Assembly: GCA_045863335.1 (NCBI GenBank)
Contig: BTVY01000005.1
Coordinates: forward strand, 1-64,000
DNA length: 64,000 nucleotides
Direction of reading: 5' to 3'
Source of the DNA: Candidatus Hydrogenedentota bacterium
GTDB taxonomy: Bacteria; Hydrogenedentota; Hydrogenedentia; Hydrogenedentales; SLHB01
A program made the position numbers and the translations under genes. Shown here piece by piece: positions 1 through 10,207 of this stretch (positions within the stretch are counted from its first letter, which is position 1; each line of letters opens with the position of its first letter). Under the pieces are notes generated by a model that saw only the letters and a list, made by a program, of their open reading frames with translations, was not told where the DNA came from and made no database searches.

Positions 1-46
1 TGTAAGGGACTTGCACCCTCAAGTGAACGCGCCCTGCCGGGCGCAC

Positions 47-82
47 AAAAAAAGAACCGGCGCCTTGTCGAAGCGCCGGTTC
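47..82 (-). terminator. Intrinsic terminator of the DUF11 protein gene
   Basis: GAACCGGCGC/GCGCCGGTTC 10-bp stem followed on the minus strand by T7 (A7 at 47-53). Confidence 0.8.
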
Positions 83-115
83 GTAAGTGCTTTGAGTTAC
101 CGCGAGCCAACGGCT

Positions 116-1333
116 CTAGGGAGCGACGAGCGTGATGGTGCCGTTGCTGAAGTCCTGCGAGGCGTTGTCACTGGGACAGAAGATTCGCACCTTGTAGTTG
201 GTTCCCGGTGAAAACTTGGGCGACTTGATTAACCAGGGGGCCTTGCCGTCGTTGGGTGTGCTCTTCTTGATGTTTTTGACCTTCTGGCCGTTCTGCCAGA
301 GCTGGATGCGTACTTCCTCGCAGCAGAGCCCGGTGGAGTCCCAGCGAAGGGGCCGCTTATCCCCGATGGTCCAGATCTGTCCGCCGTTAGGTTTCAACAC
401 CGTGAACGCGCAGGGTTCGGGACCAGTCGCATTCACGGTGGTATCCGTCGTCGCGGTTTCATCGCCAGGTGCAGCTTCGGACGTGTCGCTAATCACCGAA
501 ACTTGTCCCGTGATGACGCCGGTCGCCGCGTCGTCCACCCGCACCGTCAACTGAAAGATGCCGCCTTCCTGGTCGATCATGCTGGATTTGGTGAACGTGA
601 CATCACCGGACTGCCCCGCTGGCGGAGCGCCAAGGGTCCAAAACCCGCCCTGCGGGCCGACCGCCGACACGAAGGTGGTATTCGGCGGAGTCGGGAAGAT
701 GACCGTGATGTTAGACGCGTTGCTGGGACCAAAGTTGGACACGGTGTACATGTACACCAGATTCGACCCCGGATCGACGGGATCGGGCGATTCGGTGACG
801 GTCACCCGGAGATCCGAGGCTGTCGCAACGGTCGTGGTCTCCGTGGCGCTGTTATTGCCTGCGTTGGCGTCGGTGGATGAGGTCGTCGCAGTGGCCATGG
901 TGCTGACGATGGTGCCCGAGACAACCGCCTTGTCGATCTTAAGCTTGACTTGGAACTGGGCCGTTTCGGCGGCCGCCATGGATGTTTTGATGAACTGAAT
1001 GCCGTTTGCCGGAAACCCGTTGGTCCAGCCGGTTCCGGAGAGCACCTGAAACTGCACAAGGATCGTGCCGGCGGGCGCAAGCAGTTGCACGTTCACGTTG
1101 CTTGCGGCGGCATCGCCCGTGTTCTGGAGATCGATCACGTAAGTAATCAAATCGCCTGCGACCGCGGGATCGGGAGAATCCGACATGGTGAGCGCCAGGT
1201 CAGGCAAGGCAAAAGCACCGGGCACGGCGAAGGCGAGCGTAACGAGCGCCGCCACAAGGCCCCGCTCCCAATATCCGATGCCGATTCGATTTACCATTCC
1301 CCACCGAGCGCAACACGTCAACTTCATTTCCAT
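116..1333 (-). CDS. Secreted protein with two DUF11 (Ig-like) repeats and a C-terminal Ig-like domain
   Basis: Signal peptide; two DLxxTxxxSPDP...G..(I/L)xY repeats, the first ending NNSA; PNGGQIW..G...RW motif at C-terminus; true start may be downstream. Confidence 0.75.
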   Translation of the reverse strand: MEMKLTCCARWGMVNRIGIGYWERGLVAALVTLAFAVPGAFALPDLALTMSDSPDPAVAGDLITYVIDLQNTGDAAASNVNVQLLAPAGTILVQFQVLSGTGWTNGFPANGIQFIKTSMAAAETAQFQVKLKIDKAVVSGTIVSTMATATTSSTDANAGNNSATETTTVATASDLRVTVTESPDPVDPGSNLVYMYTVSNFGPSNASNITVIFPTPPNTTFVSAVGPQGGFWTLGAPPAGQSGDVTFTKSSMIDQEGGIFQLTVRVDDAATGVITGQVSVISDTSEAAPGDETATTDTTVNATGPEPCAFTVLKPNGGQIWTIGDKRPLRWDSTGLCCEEVRIQLWQNGQKVKNIKKSTPNDGKAPWLIKSPKFSPGTNYKVRIFCPSDNASQDFSNGTITLVAP

Positions 1334-1612
1334 ACCTCCGGATAAACCTGTTCGAAAAGTCCTTGCCCCGAAATTCGCGACGATTCAAGACCATCGCAAG
1401 CGAGCTGCGGGAAGTTGCCCGCTGCGTGCGCAAACGCAAAAGTGTCCCCGGCCAGATCCTAATTAAGAGTACTGCGGGATCGTGAATTGCGCAAGCGCTA
1501 AGGCGGTTTTTTTGCTGGTTGCGTTGCGGTTGGATCGCAGATTTCGAACTAGGCGAATGATTCGCAGACCGTTTCGTGCAATTCGCACATCAAAGATGAC
1601 GTTCCGCCTGCG

Positions 1613-2368
1613 CTACGCAGTGAATGTAGCTGCCCACGTGTCGCGATTCATCTTTGCAATCGTCTTCACGCTGATGCCTTTGGGGCAGGCAGCCTCGCAT
1701 TCGTAGTGGTTGGAACAGTTGCCAAACCCTTCGCGATCCATCTGGGTGATCATGCCGCGTACGCGCAGATTCTTTTCGGGTTGACCTTGCGGCAGAACGT
1801 TCATGTGCGCAACCTTGGCGGCTACGAAGAGCATGGCCGATGCGTTGGGGCATGCCGCGACACAGGCGCCGCAGCCGATACACTCGGCCGCGTCCATTGC
1901 GAAATCCGCCTTCTCCTTGGCCACTGGAATCGCGTGGGCATCGGGCGCTTGACCGGTTCGCACAGAGATGAATCCGCCGGCGGCGATGACGCGATCGAAG
2001 GCGGAGCGATCGACAACGAGATCCTTCACGACAGGAAACGCATTGGCGCGCCACGGCTCGATGGTGATGGTATCGCCGTCGTTGAACTTGCGCATGTGCA
2101 ACTGGCAGAGGGTAGTTTCCTTCTGCGGACCGTGCGCCTGTCCATTCACGACGGCGCCACACATGCCGCAGATGCCTTCGCGGCAATCGTGGTCGAAGGC
2201 GATAGGCTCTTTGCCTTCAAGCTCAAGACCATGGTTCACCACGTCCAGCATTTCGAGGAAGGAGGCATCCGTGTCGATGCCGCGCGCCTGGTAGGTTTCA
2301 AAGCGCCCTTCCGACGCGTTGTCCTTCTGCCGCCAGACTTTCAGTGTGATGTTGATCTTCTTCGACAT
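1613..2368 (-). CDS. sdhB: Succinate dehydrogenase/fumarate reductase Fe-S subunit
   Basis: [23 protein letters not shown] and [12 protein letters not shown] cluster motifs; downstream of sdhA. Confidence 0.95.
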   Translation of the reverse strand: MSKKINITLKVWRQKDNASEGRFETYQARGIDTDASFLEMLDVVNHGLELEGKEPIAFDHDCREGICGMCGAVVNGQAHGPQKETTLCQLHMRKFNDGDTITIEPWRANAFPVVKDLVVDRSAFDRVIAAGGFISVRTGQAPDAHAIPVAKEKADFAMDAAECIGCGACVAACPNASAMLFVAAKVAHMNVLPQGQPEKNLRVRGMITQMDREGFGNCSNHYECEAACPKGISVKTIAKMNRDTWAATFTA

Positions 2369-2410
2369 CGCGTATTCCTTACAGACTCCGTACCCTAATC
2401 TATTCTCGAA

Positions 2411-2485
2411 ATCGCTATCGGGATCGGTATCGCTATCGGAAGTACCTCATCCCGCTTCGATAGCGATACCGATCCCGATAGCGAT
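2411..2485. repeat. Perfect 28-bp inverted repeat built of ATCGCT/ATCGGG/ATCGGT hexamers in the sdhA-sdhB spacer
   Basis: ATCGCTATCGGGATCGGTATCGCTATCG (2411-2438) and its exact reverse complement (2458-2485). Confidence 0.85.
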
Positions 2486-2550
2486 AGCGATTCAACTCTG
2501 AGCCTAGTATATCTTCGCTTTCATATTTGGTCGCTCTCCCTATCGACACG

Positions 2551-2576
2551 GGATCCTTCGCTTTGCTCAGGATGAC
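2551..2576. repeat. Solo arm of the GTCATTCTGAGCGAAGCGAAGAATC-type palindromic repeat
   Basis: GGATCCTTCGCTTTGCTCAGGATGAC resembles the right arm of the element at 35452-35531. Confidence 0.6.
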
Positions 2577-2588
2577 TCAGCAAGAACG

Positions 2589-4511
2589 TTACTTGTAGCT
2601 CCGCGTCGCCAGATGCACTTCTTCGAATTCCAGCGGTTCTTTATGCAGTTCGGACGCTTCGCCCACGCCTTTGAATTCCCAGGCGCCGACGTAGGTGAAG
2701 TGCTCGTCGTCGCGCTTGGCCTCGCCTTCGTCGGTTTGGTGTTCCACGCGGAAATGACCGCCGCAGGACTCCTCACGGTGCAACGCATCGCGCACCATGA
2801 GTTCGGCGAATTCCAGGAAGTCGGCCACGCGCCCGGCCTTCTCGAGGTTCTGATTGAAGTCCTCGTTATTGCCGGTCACCATGACGTTTTGCCAGAACTC
2901 TTCGCGAATCGCCGGAATTTCCTCCAACGCTTCCTTGAGCCCTTGTTCATTACGGGCCATGCCGCATTTGTCCCAACACAAAAGGCCCAACTGACGGTGG
3001 AAATCGTCAACCGTCCGCTTGCCCTTGATGCTGAGCAGCTTGTCAATCCGCGCCGTGGCTTCTGTCTCGGCCTTCTTGAATTCATCGTGGTCCGTATCCA
3101 CTTTCTCGAACGTGTTGCTCGCGAAATAGTGGCCGAGGGTGTAGGGGATGACGAAATAGCCGTCCGCGAGACCCTGCATGAGGGCGCTCGCACCGAGGCG
3201 GTTCGCCCCGTGATCGGAGAAGTTGGCTTCGCCCAACACGTGCAGACCCGGCAGATTGCTCATGAGGTTGTAGTCCACCCACAGCCCGCCCATGGTGTAG
3301 TGGACGGCGGGATAGATCATCATGGGAACCTCGTAGGGGTTGTCATCGACGATGCGCTCGTACATCTCAAAGAGGTTGCCGTAGCGCTGTTCGATCACGT
3401 TACGGCCGAGACGCTCGATAGCGTCGCGGAAATCGAGATACACCGCCTGCCTCGTGCTGCCCACGCCGCGCCCCGCGTCGCAGGCTTCCTTCGCGCTGCG
3501 GGACGAGATGTCGCGCGGCGCGAGGTTTCCGAAGCTTGGGTATTTGCGTTCGAGATAGTAGTCGCGGTCTTCTTCGGGAATCTCGTTGGGCGGACGTTTG
3601 TCCTCGGAGTTTTTCGGCACCCAGATGCGTCCGTCGTTCCGCAAACTCTCGCTCATGAGCGTCAACTTGGACTGGTAATCGCCATGGACCGGGATACAGG
3701 TTGGGTGGATCTGCGTGTAGCAGGGGTTCGCGAAATAGGCGCCTTTCTTGTGGGCGCGCCAAGCCGCCGTCACGTTGCAGGCCTTGGCATTGGTCGACAG
3801 ATAGAACACGTTGCCGTAACCGCCTGTGCACAGCAGCACCGCGTCCGCCGAATGAGACTCGACTTTGCCCGTGAGCAGGTTCCGGCACACAACGCCCCGT
3901 GCCTTGCCGTCGATCACGACGAGGTCCAGCATTTCCCGGCGCGGCAACACGGTCACCCCGCCGCGGCTTACTTCCTTCATGAGCGCACTGTAGGCGCCAA
4001 GCAACAACTGCTGGCCGGTCTGGCCCCGGGCGTAGAAGGTACGGCTCACCTGGGCGCCGCCGAAGGAGCGGTTGTCCAGCATGCCGCCGTACTCGCGCGC
4101 GAATGGCACGCCCTGTGCAACGCATTGGTCAATGATATTTACACTGACTTCGGCAAGCCGATGGACGTTGGCTTCGCGGGAGCGGAAGTCCCCTCCCTTC
4201 ACCGTATCGTAGAACAAGCGGTACACGCTGTCGCCGTCGTTCTGGTAGTTCTTTGCGGCGTTGATGCCGCCCTGCGCGGCGATGCTGTGCGCCCGGCGGG
4301 GACTGTCCTGGATGCAGATGGTCTTGACGTTGTACCCCAGTTCCGAAAGAGTGGCCGAAGCCGATGCGCCGGCCAGCCCCGTACCCACCACGATAACGCT
4401 GTACTTCCGTTTGTTCGACGGATTGACGAGCTTCATCTCAAACTTGTGGCGGGTCCACTTTTCGGCCATGGGGCCGCTGGGAATCTTTGAATCAAGGCCG
4501 TTACCACTCAT
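2589..4511 (-). CDS. sdhA: Succinate dehydrogenase/fumarate reductase flavoprotein subunit
   Basis: [11 protein letters not shown] motif, [13 protein letters not shown] (covalent FAD His), [25 protein letters not shown]. Confidence 0.96.
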   Translation of the reverse strand: MSGNGLDSKIPSGPMAEKWTRHKFEMKLVNPSNKRKYSVIVVGTGLAGASASATLSELGYNVKTICIQDSPRRAHSIAAQGGINAAKNYQNDGDSVYRLFYDTVKGGDFRSREANVHRLAEVSVNIIDQCVAQGVPFAREYGGMLDNRSFGGAQVSRTFYARGQTGQQLLLGAYSALMKEVSRGGVTVLPRREMLDLVVIDGKARGVVCRNLLTGKVESHSADAVLLCTGGYGNVFYLSTNAKACNVTAAWRAHKKGAYFANPCYTQIHPTCIPVHGDYQSKLTLMSESLRNDGRIWVPKNSEDKRPPNEIPEEDRDYYLERKYPSFGNLAPRDISSRSAKEACDAGRGVGSTRQAVYLDFRDAIERLGRNVIEQRYGNLFEMYERIVDDNPYEVPMMIYPAVHYTMGGLWVDYNLMSNLPGLHVLGEANFSDHGANRLGASALMQGLADGYFVIPYTLGHYFASNTFEKVDTDHDEFKKAETEATARIDKLLSIKGKRTVDDFHRQLGLLCWDKCGMARNEQGLKEALEEIPAIREEFWQNVMVTGNNEDFNQNLEKAGRVADFLEFAELMVRDALHREESCGGHFRVEHQTDEGEAKRDDEHFTYVGAWEFKGVGEASELHKEPLEFEEVHLATRSYK

Positions 4512-4544
4512 TCCGATACTCCAAATCCTTTCGCAGGCGCCCCA

Positions 4545-5249
4545 CTATACGGCGGGTCCAATGGTGAAATGGCGAAAGACCACGTACAGGGGAACCAAGA
4601 TAAACCCGACTGCGACAATCACTCCGAGCACGATGCTCGCACGCCGGATCAAGGGCGTGTAGCGATCGTGGAAGAATCCGATGGTCTGGAAGAAACTCTG
4701 GATGCCATGGCTCAGGTGCATCCCGACGAGCACCATGATAAGCATGTAGAAAAGAACGCGGGGGATACTTCCAAAGGCGTTCCACACCAATCCGTAGAGC
4801 GCGTAGCTTGCGTCCCCTTCCGTTCCCGCGATCACCGAGTCTGGACCCGTTTTTGCAGCCAACGTAAAGTCCGTCAGATGAATGAACACGAAGAAGAACA
4901 CCAGCAAACCGGAAAGGATCATCGTCTTCTTGACGAAATTGGTTTCGCCATGGCTGTGCAAGACCTCATACCGATGGGATCGGGCGCTGCGATTCTCGAC
5001 GACGAGCATGACGGTGAAGGTCACGTGTAGCACGAAGGCCGCTACCAGGATGAGGCGCGCCATCCACAGCAGTTCCGGAATGGCGTGGAGCATCTCCGAA
5101 TAGCCATTCAAGGCCTCCGGCCCGAGGAACAGGAGCAGGTTCGCGGCCATGTGCATAAGGATGAACCCGACCCAGATGAGGCCGGTCACGGCCACGATTT
5201 GCTTTCGGAATACCGAACTACGCCACAACCCGCCAATTTGTGCGTTCAT
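4545..5249 (-). CDS. sdhC: Succinate dehydrogenase cytochrome b subunit
   Basis: SSVFRKQIVAVTG, five TM helices with His ligands (HMAANL, HLSHG); first gene of sdhCAB. Confidence 0.92.
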   Translation of the reverse strand: MNAQIGGLWRSSVFRKQIVAVTGLIWVGFILMHMAANLLLFLGPEALNGYSEMLHAIPELLWMARLILVAAFVLHVTFTVMLVVENRSARSHRYEVLHSHGETNFVKKTMILSGLLVFFFVFIHLTDFTLAAKTGPDSVIAGTEGDASYALYGLVWNAFGSIPRVLFYMLIMVLVGMHLSHGIQSFFQTIGFFHDRYTPLIRRASIVLGVIVAVGFILVPLYVVFRHFTIGPAV

Positions 5250-5419
5250 GCGTCATCAAACTTTCTGTTACAGCCTTCAATCCAAAATCGCGTTGAACAT
5301 GGATCGTGAGTATAGCATTCACGACAGTCCGGAGGAAAAGAGAAGAAAGTCGGGAGTTTTTAGTCCGGAGTCTGGGGGCCGGAGAGCTACAGACCAAAGA
5401 CTACGGACTGACGCCACAT

Positions 5420-5962
5420 TCAGAACGTGAGAGCCGCGATCACCAGCATCATGACTCCCGCCAGCAGTTTAGCGAAGATGCCGCCGACCTTGCCGAGGGC
5501 CGCGCCGAAACCGGTCCACATGGCCTGATGGACCTGGCGTTCCATCTGGATGTATTCGTAGAGGGCGGCGGCCAAGAAGGCGCCGAGGCAAGCCCCGACG
5601 AGTGTGCCAATGAGAGGAATGGGAATCAGGGGTGTGAAAACGATGGCTCCCGCAAAGCACCCGACCAGCGCGGAAATGATCGTGCCCCGGCCACCACCGA
5701 ACTTGGCCGCGCCATACCCCGCCGCGGCCGCTTCAAGCACCTCACCGAGAACGGCGAGCGCAGTCATGAAGAGGAGTCCGACCCAGCCGAAATGCTCGAA
5801 ACCGGTGGCAACCCAGGCAATAACCACGGCGCCAAGGATGATCCAGTTGCCGAAAAGTCCCAGTACATCGAGCACCAAACCGACCACGACGGCCAGCGCA
5901 AAAAGCGACCAGCCCGTGACGGCCAGGGTAGTCGAACCGATTTCTTGCCAAGGAATGTCCAT
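5420..5962 (-). CDS. DUF456-family membrane protein
   Basis: Gly-rich hydrophobic protein with GAAKFGGGRG, G.LVGA.LGAFL and GAALGK motifs. Confidence 0.8.
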   Translation of the reverse strand: MDIPWQEIGSTTLAVTGWSLFALAVVVGLVLDVLGLFGNWIILGAVVIAWVATGFEHFGWVGLLFMTALAVLGEVLEAAAAGYGAAKFGGGRGTIISALVGCFAGAIVFTPLIPIPLIGTLVGACLGAFLAAALYEYIQMERQVHQAMWTGFGAALGKVGGIFAKLLAGVMMLVIAALTF

Positions 5963-6043
5963 ACGAACCTATGCGTTATGCGCGAAGCGCGGAATTGACC
6001 GTGCAAGTAGGATGCGGAAACGGCCGAAAAGGTTGCATGAACC

Positions 6044-6295
6044 CTATTCTTTGCTCTTGCCCGCGCAAAGGGCGAGGCCGGCGGAAGCGAACAGGATTAC
6101 ACCACTCTGAATGGCGACCCGGCTCCAACTGATCTTCTTGTCGTAGGTGTCCAGGAAGAACGGGTAGGGCCGAATCACTTCTTGGGAGGTCTGGATACTG
6201 CCGTGACGCTGGAATCCCGTGTACTCGCTCCACGGGACGAGCAACGATAGGCCGCACAAGAGCAGACCGGCCCCGAAAATCTGTGCGCGTTTCAT
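6044..6295 (-). CDS. Small hypothetical membrane protein
   Basis: AGGAG SD upstream; two hydrophobic segments. Confidence 0.55.
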   Translation of the reverse strand: MKRAQIFGAGLLLCGLSLLVPWSEYTGFQRHGSIQTSQEVIRPYPFFLDTYDKKISWSRVAIQSGVILFASAGLALCAGKSKE

Positions 6296-6366
6296 AATGC
6301 TGTGGACTCCTGGAGTTGAGCCATTACTTTAGATGAGCTTGCGTGCGCGACGCAATCCTCCGGCGG

Positions 6367-7275
6367 CTAGCTACCGAACCCCGCGTCGCGCAGATTCTCA
6401 CGCATGAGTGTCGTCGCCGCGCCGATGTGTTCCAGCAAGACATCTTCGGACTCGGTCTTGTATTCGAAGTGGATGGACACAGGACCGGCGAAATCCGCGG
6501 CGCGGAGGATCTTGAGAAATTCTACGGTCTGTACGACGCCTTCGCCGAGGGGAACCCAGCGGGGACGGTCGCCGTCCCACACGAAATCTTTGACGGCCAT
6601 CATTTTCACATACGGCGCCAAGAGCCGGGTGTTGATGCGCCAGGCGGCGTAGGCGCCTTCGACGGCAGCATGGCCTATGTCGAAGTTCGACCCGAAGTGG
6701 TCGCTGTTCACGGCGCGAATGACCTCGTGGAGATCCCAGAGTACCGCGCCCACGTTGGTTCCGCCTGAGTGATTGTGGTATCCCGCGGTCATGTCGAACT
6801 CTTCGAGCAGCGACGTCAGCGCCCGCATCTGCTCCGTGAACCCGTCGAGTTCTGAAAGAATGACGCCGTCGTCCGAGTAGGACAGTCCGCCGACGCGCAC
6901 GTACTTGATGCCAAGCGCCGATGCCGCCTGAAGGATGGGCCGGGCCTCAGGATCCGCCGCGTCATTAAGCCGGGTCGTGATCATGGGCACGTCCAGCCCC
7001 TCGGCGCGAATCGCCTCTACCGCCCTTGGCAAATCTGTGGCGACGTTCTCCGGTAGGACATGGCCGCCGGGCCGGACCGTAAGATCGAGTCCGTCGAGTC
7101 CGAGATCTTTGGCCGCGCGCGCGAGTTCGGCGTAGTCTTCGATGAATTGAAGGTGTTTCGAAAATGCGCAGACCGGCGGTGAGGAAGCTGCCGCGGCCTT
7201 TGCCGCTGGCTGCAACGCCAGCGCCGCGCCGGTTGCTAACGAAGCTGCCAGGAACTCGCGTCGTGTGTGCGTCAT
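6367..7275 (-). CDS. Tat-exported sugar phosphate isomerase/epimerase (xylose isomerase-like TIM barrel)
   Basis: TRREFL Tat motif; DLTVRPGGHV, YHNHSG, FDIGH, VKD, HFEY. Confidence 0.85.
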   Translation of the reverse strand: MTHTRREFLAASLATGAALALQPAAKAAAASSPPVCAFSKHLQFIEDYAELARAAKDLGLDGLDLTVRPGGHVLPENVATDLPRAVEAIRAEGLDVPMITTRLNDAADPEARPILQAASALGIKYVRVGGLSYSDDGVILSELDGFTEQMRALTSLLEEFDMTAGYHNHSGGTNVGAVLWDLHEVIRAVNSDHFGSNFDIGHAAVEGAYAAWRINTRLLAPYVKMMAVKDFVWDGDRPRWVPLGEGVVQTVEFLKILRAADFAGPVSIHFEYKTESEDVLLEHIGAATTLMRENLRDAGFGS

Positions 7276-7277
7276 GA

Positions 7278-8840
7278 TTACTCCTTCGCCTTGAGGCGAA
7301 TCTTGAACGGCGTATCCGGCGCTACCGAGATTTCGATGCCATCGCGCAATGCGGCCGCGGTCATTTCGCCGTCGTCCGTTTCATACACGCCATCCGCGGG
7401 AACGGTGAACCATTCCGGGAACTGGTTAAGACGCGGGTAGTCGGACGGGATATTCAGGAATTCCGAATGGCGCGGCACGTCGAACCGCAGCTTGCCTTTC
7501 CAGGGCCAGTCGGCTTCGACGACGAAGTACGCGGTCCCGTCCTCGCCGCGGGCGCAGCCCACGCGCAGATCGCCGCGCCAGGGTTCCACGTAGGCGCCCT
7601 GGCTTTTCCACAGCCCGTACATGAGCACCGTGCGCGCGAAATTACCGTCGCCGTGCCAGCCTTCGATGACGCCTGTGTCGCGTTGCGTGGCGAAGAGGCG
7701 TTGCGCCGTGTAATCGGCCCATTCGATGACGGCGGGGCCGGGAACCCGGTTGAGCAGGTTCAACCCGCCTTCCAGGGAGTCGGCAATGCCGTCCATGCGG
7801 TCGCCTTCCCAGGGGTAGTCCTTGGCCTCCATGATGTTGGCTAGCACAAATTCGACGGCCTCGCGGAAGCGCGGTTCCTGATCCAGTTCGGCCACGACGA
7901 GAAAGGCGTTGTAGTTATAGCCCCAATTGTCGGTGCGGTCGTCGGACTTAATCTCGCCCGTGATCGGATTGACCATGTTGTAAAGGAGGCCGATCTCGTC
8001 GCGTCCTACTTCCAGCACGCGGTCAAGCACTTTGTGCATGGCGGGTTTCCACGCCTCGCGCCGCGCGGGATCGACTTGCGCGGCCAGATAGTAGGCTTCC
8101 GACAACCCGCCGATGACTTCGCAGCCGTGGTCGTCCAGACGCAGTTGCTCGGCTTCCGTGGGAAGGTGGTGCTTCAGGAAGTATTCGGCGATCATGAACG
8201 TGTCGTCGCGGTACTGGTCGTTGCCGGTCATCCAGTACATCCGGGCGAGGCTCTGCATCATCTCGCCGCAGACTTCGTGGGAAGTCGACGGCAGCACGCC
8301 CACTTCCGTCTGCTCTTCGCCGTGCTTCCAGATGTCGTCAAGGAGTCCGAGCATCCGCTCCGACCACGGGCTCGGCCCGAGCAGTTCGGTAACCGGAATG
8401 AGGCCGTCCTTGACGTACTCGCTGGCGCCGAAGATGAGGTCCGCCATGACAGGTTCCGGCGTGCGGAAAGACTGGGTTTCAAAGACGAAGTCGTCCGGCA
8501 ACCGATCGACGCGGTTGGTGACGCGCTGCTCCGTTTTCAGCATGTCCTTCATGCGGCCCTCGAAGCGCTCGCGATCCGTGTAGTAGGTGGAAAGCACTTC
8601 GAAGGGATAGTTGTCCGCGGCGGCATCCTTTGCGTTCCAGTAAAGGTCCTTGCTGAGATTGCGCGGGATGAGCCCAGTGACGGGGTCGGCGTGCTTCAGC
8701 CATCCCTGCACGAAACGCCAGCAATGGAGAAGCGATTGGCGGTTTAGTTCGCCGTTCTGCGAGGCCTGCTCCCACGGATCCTGCGCCAATGTTCCGACCG
8801 AAAGCAGCAATGCCACACCTACTGAAAGAACCTGTCTCAT
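7278..8840 (-). CDS. Secreted hypothetical protein, probable (alpha/alpha)6 glycosidase-like fold
   Basis: 520-aa ORF with signal peptide, W/D/E-rich motifs (DAAADNYPF, DNWGYNY, EGWHGDGNFART); ends 2 bp before the isomerase gene. Confidence 0.65.
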   Translation of the reverse strand: MRQVLSVGVALLLSVGTLAQDPWEQASQNGELNRQSLLHCWRFVQGWLKHADPVTGLIPRNLSKDLYWNAKDAAADNYPFEVLSTYYTDRERFEGRMKDMLKTEQRVTNRVDRLPDDFVFETQSFRTPEPVMADLIFGASEYVKDGLIPVTELLGPSPWSERMLGLLDDIWKHGEEQTEVGVLPSTSHEVCGEMMQSLARMYWMTGNDQYRDDTFMIAEYFLKHHLPTEAEQLRLDDHGCEVIGGLSEAYYLAAQVDPARREAWKPAMHKVLDRVLEVGRDEIGLLYNMVNPITGEIKSDDRTDNWGYNYNAFLVVAELDQEPRFREAVEFVLANIMEAKDYPWEGDRMDGIADSLEGGLNLLNRVPGPAVIEWADYTAQRLFATQRDTGVIEGWHGDGNFARTVLMYGLWKSQGAYVEPWRGDLRVGCARGEDGTAYFVVEADWPWKGKLRFDVPRHSEFLNIPSDYPRLNQFPEWFTVPADGVYETDDGEMTAAALRDGIEISVAPDTPFKIRLKAKE

Positions 8841-8884
8841 AGCTGCACGCTCCTTGTTCCCCCGCGCCTCAATCTGGCGACGTG

Positions 8885-10207
8885 TTACGCACGTTTCCTT
8901 GCTGATGTTTTCTTCTTGGGACTTGCCTTGGTCACGGGTTTTCGCGCGGCGGGTTTCTTCTTCGCCGCGGGTTTTGAATGGGTCTTTGTAGCGGTCTTGG
9001 CCGCGGTCTTTGGTTTCGCTTTTGGCTTCGGGGCAGCCGCTGACTTAGCCGCGGCCTTCTTTGCGGCCGCCGGTTTCGCGGCGACTGCTTTCCTCGCAGC
9101 GCTGGATGCTTTTTGCTTCGCGCCCACAGTTGCCCGCCGCCCTTTGACGGGATGGGCTTTCACCCACTCCAACGCGGGCTCGAATACTTCTTCGCGCCCG
9201 TTGATGGCGAAGACCAACTCCATATGACTGTAGTTTGCGGAGTACCCGTTATGCTTGGACAGCACCACCATTTTCTTATCCTTTGTTCGAAGCGACGTGA
9301 AAAACGCCCCGGCCGCTTCCTCCGGGATGAGCGGATCGGAACCACCGAAAATCGCAAGGAGCGGCACATCCAGTTCCGGCAAGCGTTCCTGCACGTCGAG
9401 GGTGTCGGCGCACATGCGCCATATGCCCTTCGACGACCAGCCGCTCAACTCCCTGGCAATACGCGGCACGGGCATTTCCACGGCGTAAAACAACTCCGCA
9501 TTGGTGAGTTTCGGATGCACGTTGTCCCAATTGATGGGAATGAGATTACTCTTGGGATGAATGACCGTGGCAAAAGGAATCAACCCGCGAAAGAAGAACG
9601 ACATAAGACTGTAGGTGAACGGCGCCACAGCCGTGAGGAACTTCCGGCTGGGCAGGTTCGTGTTCTGGAATCCCGGAGGCGCGCCAAAGGTGATGCCACT
9701 GGCGATGTCGCCGGAGCCAAACTTAAGCGCGTAGGCGTAAAGCAGCATGCCGCCCAGCGAATGGCCAACCCAGTGGACGCGGTCGTGGTCACTTTTTTCC
9801 TTGATGAACGCAATGGCGGCGGGCAGATCCTTCAGCAGCACGTCGTCGAGCGCGGCGCTGAGCTTGCGCGTGCCGCGGGGCGGGATGGCGCTGCGGCAGG
9901 CGCGTGTGTCGACGGTCCAGCAGTCGTATCCGGCTTCGGACAGCACATCTACAAGCGATTCTCCGCCGGGGATCTCGAAATTGAGGTGGTTCGACGACAT
10001 GCTGTGGCACAAAAGAACCGGTTCGCCTTTGCCCCCGCGCGGGCGACGCCGGAAGAGACTGATCTGCCAGCCGTCTTCGGTGGCGATCGTGTGCACATCG
10101 TCGGCGCGCACAGGATCGCGGTAGCGGAGCAACAACAACAGGAAGTATCCGTAGAACGCGAAGACCAGCCCCAGTGCGACCAGTGCGGCTATCAAGATAG
10201 CACTCAT
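8885..10207 (-). CDS. Membrane-anchored alpha/beta hydrolase with Lys/Ala/Pro-rich histone H1-like tail
   Basis: N-terminal TM; GHSLGG nucleophile elbow; D (GGSDP) and H (YSHMEL) candidates for the triad; ~85-aa K/A/P tail. Confidence 0.85.
   Translation of the reverse strand: MSAILIAALVALGLVFAFYGYFLLLLLRYRDPVRADDVHTIATEDGWQISLFRRRPRGGKGEPVLLCHSMSSNHLNFEIPGGESLVDVLSEAGYDCWTVDTRACRSAIPPRGTRKLSAALDDVLLKDLPAAIAFIKEKSDHDRVHWVGHSLGGMLLYAYALKFGSGDIASGITFGAPPGFQNTNLPSRKFLTAVAPFTYSLMSFFFRGLIPFATVIHPKSNLIPINWDNVHPKLTNAELFYAVEMPVPRIARELSGWSSKGIWRMCADTLDVQERLPELDVPLLAIFGGSDPLIPEEAAGAFFTSLRTKDKKMVVLSKHNGYSANYSHMELVFAINGREEVFEPALEWVKAHPVKGRRATVGAKQKASSAARKAVAAKPAAAKKAAAKSAAAPKPKAKPKTAAKTATKTHSKPAAKKKPAARKPVTKASPKKKTSARKRA

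Noticed and set aside
2613-4490. Long antisense ORFs (also 10249-12222, 40993-42999, 59003-60505, 49871-51145)
   Set aside because: Shadow frames of well-supported genes in high-GC DNA.
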